Assembly: GCA_964016885.1 (NCBI GenBank)
Contig: OZ024747.1
Coordinates: forward strand, 93,744,001 to 93,808,000
DNA: 64,000 bases
Reading direction: 5' to 3'
Source: Eledone cirrhosa
Taxonomy: Eukaryota
The position numbers were made by a program, and so were the translations under genes. Under the pieces are notes generated by a model. That model ran no database searches and was not told the origin of the DNA. It saw only the letters and a program-made list of their open reading frames with translations. Every line of letters begins with the position of its first letter. The stretch's first letter is position 1. This document shows positions 11,981 through 23,676 of the stretch, in pieces.

Positions 11981-12582
11981 GGTGGCTGCCAACTCGTTTT
12001 CGAGTACAGCCACTACTTTATATCCATGTAGGAGAACCCCTACCGATGCGCTGAACGAGTGTGACTTTTGAGTCCAGCCAGCGACTTGAAAACTCTGGTA
12101 CAAACACTACACTTGTGACAATTATTGACACATAGTGCTGGGCCCATGGTACCATGTGACAAGTGCAGAGAGATCTCCAGATATAAAGCAATGCCTGTGC
12201 CATGAAGCTTTTATAGTGAGCAAAGGCATTGCACAGAGCCAGTCCCACTCTCTTAACCAAGATGATATTTACCAAAAAGTAGAACAAGTCAACATCATTG
12301 GATACCATCAGGGTTGCAGGTGTTATATCAGAGTTTTCCTTCTCCTAGAATTCTGCCTTGACAAAGGCTAAGGGGTCATCTCTCCCGGTGATTTTGGATG
12401 GCCATTGACTCTTAAGAGCTCCTTTGCCCTTTGACAGGTTTTGTTTTTAGTCCTGCAGGATGTCCAAAGTCACCCTCCTCACCAAGAAACCTTCGTGGGG
12501 TTGCCAGTTTAGTCGCCAACGACCCGACCATGAAACAGGTTGTACTGGGATACATGTTACCAGTAGCACCAACTGGTGACCT
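11981..12582 (-). mobile_element. Bipartite non-autonomous RTE-derived element, most complete copy (~600 bp)
   Basis: The 5' part is homologous to 1-180 and the 3' part to the RTE 3' end at ~199-230. Confidence 0.85.
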
Positions 12583-12632
12583 GACGTAACATATACATAT
12601 ATATATATATATATATATACATACACACACAC

Positions 12633-12663
<31 letters not shown>

Positions 12664-12681
12664 TAGATGTGTGTATATATA

Positions 12682-12762
12682 CAGAGTGTCCCCTAAAAAT
12701 GTATACACACTTCAACAACATTCAAATATATATATATGTTTACATTTTGGGGGGACACTCTG
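12682..12762. mobile_element. Tiny Tc1/mariner-type MITE
   Basis: TIRs cagagtgtcccctaaaaatgta / tacattttggggggacactctg, flanked by TA. Confidence 0.75.
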
Positions 12763-12914
12763 TATATAGTCAGATATATGTAGGTGTGTATGTATATATA
12801 TACATATATATATATAAATATATATATCTTTCTCTTTCTCTCTATATATAACCAGAATGGTTGCATTTTTTAAGGGTATGTCAATATTTATTTATAAAAC
12901 TAACCTATATTATA

Positions 12915-12976
12915 TTTTATCTGATGAAAGCGCACCATAGTTTGCTCTGGTGGCCCTTGAAATATGTATAATGAAA
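12915..12976 (+). ncRNA. Type I hammerhead, family B copy 1
   Basis: ttttat-CTGATGA-aagcgcacca...tggtggccctt-GAA-ATATGTAT-A-atgaaa. Confidence 0.7.
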
Positions 12977-13028
12977 TAAATATGGTTTTATAAATATAGT
13001 TTCCATTTGTTAATATATTGTATAATAT

Positions 13029-13095
<67 letters not shown>

Positions 13096-13104
13096 ATATA
13101 TATA

Positions 13105-13658
13105 TCATCAACATCGTTTAACGTCCATGTTCCACGCTTGCATGGGTTTGGACGGTAATTTTCCCACTTGAGGCAAGATTGGTTGTCTTGCTCGTATAGG
13201 ACTGTCTGGCGGGTTTTCTACGGCTGGATGCCCTTCCTAACACCAACCACATTTACAGTGTGGAACTGGGAGGTTTTTACCGTGTTACTTACACGCCCAC
13301 ATTACAGCGTGGACTGTGTGTTTTTTTGTCGTGACACCTACACGACCTCATTTGTTTCGGACTGGATGTTGTGGTAGCAACATAACTTTACATTGAAAGG
13401 GGTAGTGTGGGGGTAGTGGGACGAGGGTGTATTTTGTTAGAGGTGCCTACTGACTGTAGTAGGTTTCACTTTGTACTTAGGTAAGGCAGGTCTTCTGTAT
13501 TACTGTGTAGCGCCAAAGATCTCGGTCCAGTGACATTGTCTTGGAGAGGTGTGTGTGAGGTCTGAATTTGTCAATTCGTACCAGGTTTTTCTGGGTCTGC
13601 CTACTCAGTGGCTACCGTCTATTTTTATTGCCCTGCACTTTTTTATACAGCTGTCGTC

Positions 13659-13662
<4 letters not shown>
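13105..13662 (-). mobile_element. RTE LINE 3' fragment
   Basis: Homologous to 9810-10378 (ORF end, 3' UTR and gat tail). Confidence 0.9.
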
Positions 13663-13707
<45 letters not shown>

Positions 13708-14029
13708 TATATATATATATATATACATACATATATATATACACACCTCACATATATACACACAATAGAATGCATCACACCACTTCAATTGTGCTATTCT
13801 TGAATATATATATTCACAAAAATAATAATAATAATAATAATTCATTATTATTAACTTTCACCCCACATAATATATTTTTTAAACAATCACTGTAAAATAT
13901 GCAACATCTTCACAATATTTGTTCTCTTCTTTCTCTCTCTCTCTCCCTCCCCCACTTTCTCTCTGTCTCCCTTTATATATATATATATGTGTGTGTGTGT
14001 AGTGTATAGAAATATGTATATATATATAT

Positions 14030-15257
14030 GATAATGATAATGAAAATTGTTGTGTACAGTGCTCAGGTGCACTACAACTCATCAAAGGTGCATGTATGGT
14101 ACATAGAATAATGTACAAATGTCAGGAAAGTGAACAGTGTATGAGTCATGATATACATGTGTGTGTATATGGAGGGGGGATATCAGCTGTAGCGTTGGCG
14201 AATCTCGGGAAGCATGGAGGTTTTAAAGAATGCAGGGTCTCGACAGCTAAGAACCGACGCAGTTAGTTTGTTCCATGGAGGTTTTAAAGGATGCAGTGTC
14301 TCAACAGCTAACAACTGACGCAGGTAGTTTGTTCCATGGAGGTTTTAAAGGATGCAGTGTCTCGACAGCTAACAACTGATGCAGGGAGTTTGTTCCATGG
14401 AGGTTTTAAAGGATGCAGTGTCTCGACAGCTAACAACTGATGCAGCTAGTTTGTTCCATGGAGGTTTTAAAGGATGCAGTGTCTCGACAGCTAACAACTG
14501 ATGCAGGGGGTTTGTTCCATGGAGGTTTTAAAGGATGCAGTGTCTCGACAGCTAACAACTGACGCAGGTAGTTTGTTCCACGGAGGTTTTAAAGGATGTA
14601 GTGTCTCGACAACTAACAACTGATGCAGGGAGTTTGTTCCATGGAGGTTTTAAAGGATGCAGTGTCTCCACAGCTAACAACTGATGCAGGGAGTTTGTTC
14701 CATGGAGGTTTTAAAGGATGCAGTGTCTCCACAGCTAACAACTGACGCAGGTAGTTTGTTCCATGGAGGTTTTAAAGGATGCAGTGTCTCGACAGCTAAC
14801 AACTGACGCAGGTAGTTTGTTCCACGGAGGTTTTAAAGGATGTAGTGTCTCGACAACTAACAACTGATGCAGGGAGTTTGTTCCATGGAGGTTTTAAAGG
14901 ATGCAGTGTCTCGACAGCTAACAACTGATGCAGGGAGTTTGTTCCATGGAGGTTTTAAAGGATGCAGTGTCTCGACAACTAGCAACTGATGCAGCTAGTT
15001 TGTTCCATGGAGGTTTTAAAGGATGCAGTGTATCGACAGTTAACAACTGCAGGGAGTTTGTTCCATGGAGGTTTTAAAGGATGCAGTGTCTCAACAGCTA
15101 ACAACTGATGCAGGGAGTTTCTTCCATGCTTCAGCAACTGTGAGTGTGAAGGAATGTTTCTGAAAGTCATGGGAGTTGTGCTGTTTTCTGACATTGTTGG
15201 CATGTCCATGTGGAATTCAAAAAGGTGCTCAGGGTTGTTGTTGGCAAGATGGTTGTA
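14030..15257 (-). mobile_element. CR1/L2-like LINE 3' end with internal 61-bp tandem array (~15 units, 14212-15128)
   Basis: The unit encodes WNKLPASVVSCRDTASFKTSM; unique LINE sequence lies on both sides of the array. Confidence 0.85.
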
Positions 15258-15289
15258 TATCTGTATGTATTACATATTTATATCATCAT

Positions 15290-16632
<1,343 letters not shown>

Positions 16633-16773
16633 ATCATCTGCATATTCATCAAAATAATTTGAAATATTTGTTTTTTTCTTTCTTCCCTTTTTCTCTCTTT
16701 CCTTTCACTATCCAGGAGAAACTTGAACCGTTAAGGTATCATTCCTGGATATGTCACTATTTATAAAACAAAC

Positions 16774-16830
16774 TTTTATCTGATGAGAGCGTACCAAAGT
16801 TTTGGTACCCTTGAAATATATATAATAGAA
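16774..16830 (+). ncRNA. Type I hammerhead, family B copy 2
   Basis: ttttat-CTGATGA-gagcgtaccaaa-gt-tttggtaccctt-GAA-ATATATAT-A-atagaa. Confidence 0.78.
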
Positions 16831-16886
16831 TAAATATGGTTTTATAAATATAGTTTCCATTTATTAATATCATTGATATATATATG

Positions 16887-16962
<76 letters not shown>

Positions 16963-17062
16963 TTTGCAAGAGATGTCAACATGAAAGGACCTGTTATTTT
17001 TATCTAAAGACATTTTTTCCAATTCCATCCCGCCCGTCCTCTTTATCTTATTTCTCATTCTT

Positions 17063-17098
17063 TCTTCTGATGAAGGACTAGCGTCCGAAACGTTAAGA
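17063..17098 (+). ncRNA. Minimal type I hammerhead, family C, intact copy
   Basis: tctt-CTGATGA-a-ggac-tagc-gtcc-GAAAC-GTT-aaga; palindromic AACGTT in stem III. Confidence 0.8.
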
Positions 17099-17271
17099 CC
17101 CTCTTCCTGCTATATCAATCGTTAACCTAATATATCCCTTCCATATACTGTACCGATTCTGTTGTTATTTCTGTTTACCTTTTATTTATATATATATATA
17201 TATATATATAGTATGTATGTATATATACTATATATATATTGGTTTGTTTTTCATTATGTATTTTCCCCTTC

Positions 17272-17352
17272 CTAAATGCTACTCTCTATCATGCACCCTA
17301 TATTGAGTACTACATTCTTGTCAACATCACAGCTGCCAGCTACAGTTGTAAG
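17272..17352 (-). CDS. MEI1: MEI1 probable terminal coding exon (LTTVAGSCDVDKNVVLNIGCMIESSI*)
   Basis: tttctactttgcag|CTT, phase 0; 27 codons ending in TAG at 17274-17272. Confidence 0.7.
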   Translation of the reverse strand, partial: LTTVAGSCDVDKNVVLNIGCMIESSI

Positions 17353-17500
17353 CTGCAAAGTAGAAATTTTAATCACGATTAGGTGTAGATTATATACATT
17401 ATTTATTTAGACACACCTCTCTAACTATATATACACACACACACACACATATATATATACACACACACACACACATATATACATACTCACACACGCACAC

Positions 17501-17531
<31 letters not shown>

Positions 17532-17624
17532 TATATATACACACACACACATATATATATATATACACACACACACAAATATATATATACACACTTATAT
17601 ATATATACACACACACAATCAAAT

Positions 17625-18175
17625 GTTGTGTGCTGGAAAGGCAGTTGCGTTGGTATAGACATGTGATGTGTATGAAGGATGACAGCTGCATAAAAAGGTG
17701 CAGAGCACTAGAAGTCAATGGAAACCGCGGAGTGGGGAGATCCAAGAAGACCTGGGATGAGGTGATAAAAGCCAACCTTACCCAATTACACCTCTCAAAG
17801 GCGATGACACACGACCGTGACCTCTGGCGTCATGCAGTAATACAGAGTACCCGACCTCCCATGGGTACAAGCTGAAGCATATAGACAATATGCCCCCACA
17901 CCCTCCCACTGGAAAGTGGTCGTGGAGATGCCACAGCAAAAAAGCACCCAGCCCACACTGCAAAGTGGACGTGGAGGTGCCACGGCAAAAAATCACCCAT
18001 CACTCACTGTAAATGAGGTTGGTGTTAGGAAGGGCATCCAGCTGTAGAAATCAAGCCAGAATCAGTTCCCGTATCAGCAAGACAAGGTCAGCCGACCACA
18101 CACTGCCCACAACAGGACAACCCGTCTAACCCATGCTAGCGTGGAAGAACGGACGTAAAACGGTGATGATGATGA
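17625..18175 (+). mobile_element. RTE LINE 3' fragment of the subfamily that donated the SINE tail
   Basis: [23 protein letters not shown]... is followed by the same 49-bp units and tail as the SINE. Confidence 0.85.
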
Positions 18176-18336
18176 CACACACACACATATATATATACAC
18201 ACACACAGACATTTATATATATATATATATACACACATATATACACAGACACATATACACACAACCATATATACACACAGACACACACATACACAGCCCA
18301 CATATATATATATACACACACACACATACTATTTAC

Positions 18337-18468
18337 CTTGTGCAACAGACTCTTCATGAGGACTTGATCTGATTGGATTTGACCAGCTTTTAACATGACA
18401 TGTGCATTCTTCAGCATCTGGTGGATGTGGTATTTCAGGATGACGGTATTGTGATCATGATCTAGGAA
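18337..18468 (-). CDS. MEI1: MEI1 penultimate exon (FLDHDHNTVILKYHIHQMLKNAHVMLKAGQIQSDQVLMKSLLHK)
   Basis: aaccag|TTC...AAG|gtaaat; 132 nt, phase 0 to 0, open. Confidence 0.85.
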
Positions 18469-18554
18469 CTGGTTTATGAAGGAACGGTAGACACAGGCAT
18501 ATATAGAGAAACAAATGGCTTTGTTATATACACAAGATGTGGAGGTGGGCGGTA

Positions 18555-18700
18555 ATTAAATTTCGACCAGCTAATCCCATATTCCTGGTTTGTGTCCTTA
18601 AGCTGCCAGATTTTATTGGCCAGCGTTGTTTAGTTCTCTAGTCTACGGTTCTTCATATTGGCAACATGACCCTCCCAAAGTATAACAATATCGGTTTCAA
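18555..18700 (-). mobile_element. Penelope (Naiad-like) GIY-YIG fragment
   Basis: Minus strand reads TTLANKIWQLKDTNQEYGISW, homologous to TTLADKAWQLRENNQQFHLKW at ~35865. Confidence 0.65.
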
Positions 18701-18773
18701 CACACGTTTTCAGATAAAGAATCTTGCTAAACAAATTCAGAAACGAAATATATTTATATATTTATATATACAT

Positions 18774-19106
18774 GGAGGCACATGGCTTAGTGGTTAGAGC
18801 ATTGGCCTTGCAATCGAAAGGTTGTGAGTTCAATTCTCAGACCGGGTGATGTGTTGTTTCCTTGAGCAAGACACTTTATTTCACATTGCTCCAGTTTACT
18901 CAGATGTAGAAATGAGATTATAGGGACTGGGGTCCCTATCATTCCACTGTAAAGTGGTCATGGAGGTGCCACGGCAAAAAACCACCCAGCACTCACTGTA
19001 AATGAGGCTGGTGTTAGGAAGGGCATCCAGCTGTAGAAATCAAGCCAGAATCAGTTCCCGTCCCACCCTTGCAAGCAGGGAAAAGCGGACGTAAAATGAT
19101 GATGAT
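18774..19106 (+). mobile_element. tRNA/CORE-like SINE (1 internal unit)
   Basis: A-box tggcttagtgg, B-box gagttcaattc, RTE-type tail. Confidence 0.9.
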
Positions 19107-19272
19107 AGTTCTGGTGATAAACACAGTGAAGGAAGCAGAGTCTGGGTCAAGTCTGGCCATAGTTGGCCCCATTGCGCTTTGCTCCGGTGAGGATTGTTGG
19201 GTATTTTATAGCTGGAGGCCCTTCCTAACACCAACCACACAAAGCAAGGATATAAATAAAGGGAGACTTTAC

Positions 19273-19379
19273 CTTGATGATGAGGGAAAGTATAGGGTCA
19301 GAGAAATCTGACATTTTGTGACCCCTAAACAAGACATCAAGTAATACATGGTTCCATGGTTGAGAAAGGATCTGGCTTT
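19273..19379 (-). CDS. MEI1: MEI1 internal exon (E-SQILSQPWNHVLLDVLFRGHKMSDFSDPILSLIIK)
   Basis: ctctctctag|AA...AAG|gtaaag; 107 nt, phase 1 to 0; contains the SQPWN motif I recall from the MEI1 C-terminus (SQPWNRFLL). Confidence 0.9.
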
Positions 19380-19427
19380 CTAGAGAGAGAGGAAGAGAAA
19401 GTGTATGAGAGAGAGAGAGAAGAAGAA

Positions 19428-19702
19428 GCTTTACCTCACTCTATATTTACTATTGTATTTTCACAGTAAAGGCTTTACCTCACATAATATCTCACATAAC
19501 ATTTACATTACTCTATATATACAATTGTGTTGTCACAGTAAAGTCTTTATCTTACATAATATCGAATCTATGAGATTTTGAAAGTATTTATTTTGAGAAC
19601 AATACCATAACATCAGTTTGAGTGACCAGTTACAGCCAGCTTCAACAGAAAGAGTTAGAGAATTCTGGCCAGATTTGGCCGGTTTGAACATTAAAGGGTT
19701 AA
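19428..19702 (-). mobile_element. piggyBac-like MITE end with 72-bp repeat units
   Basis: Minus strand begins TTAA-CCCTTT; homologous to 22907-23060, followed by 72-bp units. Confidence 0.7.
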
Positions 19703-19850
19703 TAGGCTGATAGAACAATAGTTCCCACAATCAAGTCTGCTACCTTTTTTGTAGAGTACAACTATCAATGCTTTCTTGAACATGTCTGGGCTTTTTTCCT
19801 GTAGTGATAAAACAGTTAAAAAGATGTTGAAGTACTTTGATAATTGGTTC
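19703..19850 (-). mobile_element. Old RTE RT fragment
   Basis: DMFKKALIVVLYKKGSRLDCGNYCSISLL. Confidence 0.7.
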
Positions 19851-19879
19851 ACCTCCAGCTTTGATGGATATGTACTTAC

Positions 19880-19961
19880 CTGTGAGAGGATCGTTGGTGT
19901 TGAGGTAGTCCAACATATGAAGGAGACACTGTACTGAGTCTTGTTGTCCAATACAGAGATT
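19880..19961 (-). CDS. MEI1: MEI1 internal exon (NLCIGQQDSVQCLLHMLDYLNTNDPLT+G)
   Basis: ctcttccacag|AAT...ACAG|gtaagt; 82 nt, phase 0 to 1; resembles human ACVGCLEALLDYLDARSP (recalled). Confidence 0.88.
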
Positions 19962-20023
19962 CTGTGGAAGAGAGAGAAAGAGGAATCACCAACAAATTCT
20001 TGCTTGATATAAATATATATATA

Positions 20024-20460
20024 TGGAGGCACATGGCTTAGTGGTTAGAGCATTGGCCTTGTAATCGAAAGGTTGTGAGTTCAATTCTCAGACAGGGTGA
20101 TGTGTTGTTTCCTTGAGCAAGACACTTTATTTCACATTGCTCCAGTTTACTCAGCTGTAGAAATGAGATGATAGGACTGAGGTCCCTATCATACCACTGC
20201 AAAGTGGTCGTGGAGGTGCCACGGCAAAAAAGCACCCAGCCCTCACTGTAAAGTGGTCGTGGAGGTGCCACAGCAAAAAAGCACCCAGCCCTCACTGTAA
20301 AGTGGTCGTGGAGGTACCACGGCAAAAAAGCACCCAGCACTCACTGTAAATGAGGTTGGTGTTAGGAAGCGCATCCAGCTGTAGAAATCAAGCCAGAATC
20401 AGTTCCCGTCCCACCCTTGCAAGCAGGGAAAAGCGGACGTAAAATGATGATGATGATGAT
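20024..20460 (+). mobile_element. tRNA/CORE-like SINE (3 internal 49-bp units)
   Basis: Same head, core and tail as 18774. Confidence 0.9.
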
Positions 20461-20562
20461 ATATATATATGTATGTATGTAGACCACATGTGACCCGTTG
20501 GGTAACGTTCACCTCAAAATAATTTTATACAGACATGTATATAATGTGAAACTGGAAGGCCC

Positions 20563-20605
<43 letters not shown>

Positions 20606-21043
20606 CGTGTGTGTGTATATATATATATGTGGGTGTCTGTGATCTATATGTATTGGTCATAGACACACACATATACATATATATATACACACACTCACAT
20701 ATATATATACACACACTCACATATATATATACACAACACCACCAGCTCTCTCTCTCCCTCTCTCTTTGTCTCTCTTTCAATCTATTCTGTCACAACCACT
20801 CTCTCTCTCTCTCTATTTATGAAGGTACCCCAGAAACCCCATATCTCAGGAACCCATGCTCTGATTTACTCGAAATTTGTTTTATTCCATTTGTATTCCC
20901 ATTTCAGGGTCAACTTCCTTTCAACTCCCATTATGTGCCCTTTTGGCTGTATTACATTACATTACATAGATATTTTTATCTAAAGGCATTTTTTCCTATT
21001 CCAACCCTGCCCGTCCCCTCAATCTATTTTATTTCTCATTCTT

Positions 21044-21079
21044 TCTTCTGATGAAGGACTAGCGTCCAAAACGTTAAGA
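21044..21079 (+). ncRNA. Minimal hammerhead, family C, catalytic G12 mutated to A
   Basis: tcttCTGATGAaggactagcgtcc-AAAAC-GTTaaga. Confidence 0.6.
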
Positions 21080-21179
21080 CCCTCTTCCTGCTATATCAAG
21101 TGTTAACCTAATATATCCCTTCCATATACTGTACCGATTGTGTTGTTATTTCTGTTTACCTTTTATATACATATATATA

Positions 21180-22522
21180 GTTTGTTCCATGGAGGTTTTA
21201 AAGGATGCAGTGTCTCAACAGCTAACAACTGATGCAGGTAGTTTGTTCCATGGAGATTTTAAAGGATGCAGTGTCTCGGCAGCTAACAACTGGTGCAGGT
21301 AGTTTGTTCCATGGAGGTTTTAAAGGATACAGTGTCTCGACAGCTAACAACTGATGCAGGTAGTTTGTTCCATGGAGGTTTTAAAGGATGCAGTGTCTCG
21401 GCAGCTAACAACTGATGCAGGTAGTTTGTTCCATGGAGGTTTTAAAGGATACAGTGTCTCGACAGCTAACAACTGATGCAGGTAGTTTGTTCCATGGAGA
21501 TTTTAAAGGATGCAGTGTCTCGGGAGCTAACAACTGATGCAGGTAGTTTGTTCCATGGAGGTTTTAAAGGATGCAGTGTCTCGGCAGCTAACAACTGATG
21601 CAGGTAGTTTGTTCCATGGAGATTTTAAAGGATGCAGTGTCTCGGCAACTAACAACTGATGCAGGTAGTTTGTTCCATGGAGATTTTAAAGGATGCAGTG
21701 TCTCGACAGCTAACAACTGATGCAGGTAGTTTGTTCCATGGAGATTTTAAAGGATGCAGTGTCTCGGCAGCTAACAACTGATGCAGGTAGTTTGTTCCAT
21801 GGAGGTTTTAAAGGATGCAGTGTCTCGACAGCTAACAACTGATGCAGGGAGTTTGTTCCATGGAGGTTTTAAAGGATGCAGTGTCTCGACAGCTAACAAC
21901 TGATGCAGGTAGTTTGTTCCATGGAGATTTTAAAGGATGCAGTGTCTTGACAGCTAACAACTGATGCAGGTAGTTTGTTCCATGGAGGTTTTAAAGGATG
22001 CAGTGTCTCGACAGGTAACAACTGATGCAGGTAGTTTGTTCCATTCTTCAGCAACTCCGAGTGTGAAAAAATGTTTCCGAAAGTCATGTGAACTGTGCTG
22101 TTTTCTGACTTTGTGGACATGTCCACATGTGTTAGACACATGGAAATCAAAAAGGTGCTCAGGGTTGTTGTTGGCGAGATGGTTAACAATTTTGTGGGTG
22201 TTTACCAAGTCAGTTGCCAGGCGTCGGAGCTTCAATGTATCCATGCCCAGGGAAGCAAGGCGCTCAGAGTATGGTAGATGCCTTTGAGGGTATTCGTTTG
22301 GTTGCACGTCTCTGAACAGTTTCCAGGCGGCCAATGTTCTGAGCAAGATAGAGGTTCCAGACTGGTGATGCAAATTCTAAGTGTGGCCGCACCATAGCCA
22401 TGTACAGCCTTAAATAGATAGCTGGAGAGTGGCTGACAAAGGTCTTGCTGAGTGATGCTAAGACACCCTCGGCCCTCTTGACAATTTTAGAGACGTGATT
22501 CGTCCAACACAAATCATTGTTA
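21180..22522 (-). mobile_element. CR1/L2-like LINE fragment with 61-bp array (~14 units, 21180-22043)
   Basis: ORFs 22264-22512 (LYMAMVRPHLEFASPVW...LETVQRRATKRIP) and 21954-22373 (YSERLASLGMDTLKLRR...WNKLP) run into the array. Confidence 0.9.
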
Positions 22523-22575
22523 TATTTTCACACACTTTTCTACACACACACACACATACAGATACATAATCTTAC

Positions 22576-22827
22576 TTTAATGATATCTTGCTGTAGGTAG
22601 ATGTACAGCCTCCGTAGCTGGTTGCTATGGGCCATCTCTAGGGACGACATCTCCCTAGCAACATCCCAGATGTCGATGTGGACGACGGAAGACCTGAGTT
22701 GGCATTGAAAAAGCATCGATAGAAACTGGAACACGTTCTGTCTAGTTGCTGTGGTGGTGGTGATGATGTGGTGGCCTTCATACATTGCTGTGAGGTCATC
22801 GAAAGAGATAGTAACTGGGCGAACCAC
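22576..22827 (-). CDS. MEI1: MEI1 internal exon (VVRPVTISFDDLTAMY...NQLRRLYIYLQQDIIK)
   Basis: ttctctttccag|GTG...AAA|gtaaga; 252 nt, phase 0 to 0; resembles human MEI1 QVHQTLSVEMDQV...SQVRSLVIGLQNLLVQ (recalled). Confidence 0.88.
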
Positions 22828-22906
22828 CTGGAAAGAGAAAGACAGAGAGTCTGAGAGGAGGAGTGAAAGTGAGTAAGGGGAAAAGAGGGACATACATATA
22901 TATCTA

Positions 22907-23676
22907 TAACCCTTTAGTGTTCAAACCGGCCAAAACTGGCCAGAGTTCTCTACCTCTTTCTGTTGAAACTGGCTGTAACTGGTCACTCAATCTGATGTTA
23001 AGGTATTGTTCTCAAAATAAATACTTTCAAAATCTCATAGATTCGATATTATGTGAGATATTATGTGAGGTAAAGCCTTTACTGTGACAATACAATAGAA
23101 TATATAGAGTAATGTAAATGTTATGTGAGATATTATGTGAGGTAAAGCCTTTACTGTGACAATACAATAGAATATATAGAGTAATGTAAATGTTATGTGA
23201 GATATTATGTGAGGTAAAGCCTTTACTGTGACAATACAATAGAATATATAGAGTAATGTAAATGTTATGTGAGATATGTGAGGTAAAGCCTTTACTGTGA
23301 CAATACAATAGTATATATAGAGTAATGTAAATGTTATGTGAGATATTATATGAGGTAAAGCCTTTACTGTGAAAATACAATAGTATATATAGAGTAATGT
23401 AAATGTTATGTGAGATATTATGTGAGGTAAAGCCTTTACTGTGAAAATACAATAGTATATATAGAGTAATGTAAATGTTATGTGAGATATTATGCGAGGT
23501 AAAGCCTTTACTGTGAAAATACAATAGTATATATAGAGTAATGTAAATGTTATGTGAGATATTATGTGAAGTAAAGCCTTTACTATGAAAATACAATAGT
23601 ATATATATAGAGTAATGTAAATGTTATGTGAGATATTATGTGAGGTAAAGCCTTTACTGTGACAATACAATAGTAT
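22907..23676 (+). mobile_element. piggyBac-like MITE end plus 72-bp tandem array (~8.5 units)
   Basis: Starts taaCCCTTT; period 72 (23065 to 23137); the array resumes at 28139-28212 beyond the inserted RTE. Confidence 0.8.

Noticed and set aside
14212-15128. CRISPR-like regular repeats, also the 72-, 79-, 61- and 65-bp arrays
   Set aside because: Head-to-tail units with no unique spacers, no cas genes and a eukaryotic context.
18774-18846. Apparent tRNA gene, with copies at 20024, 43524, 11044 and 5310
   Set aside because: The A/B boxes continue into a SINE core and LINE-derived tail; these are SINE heads.
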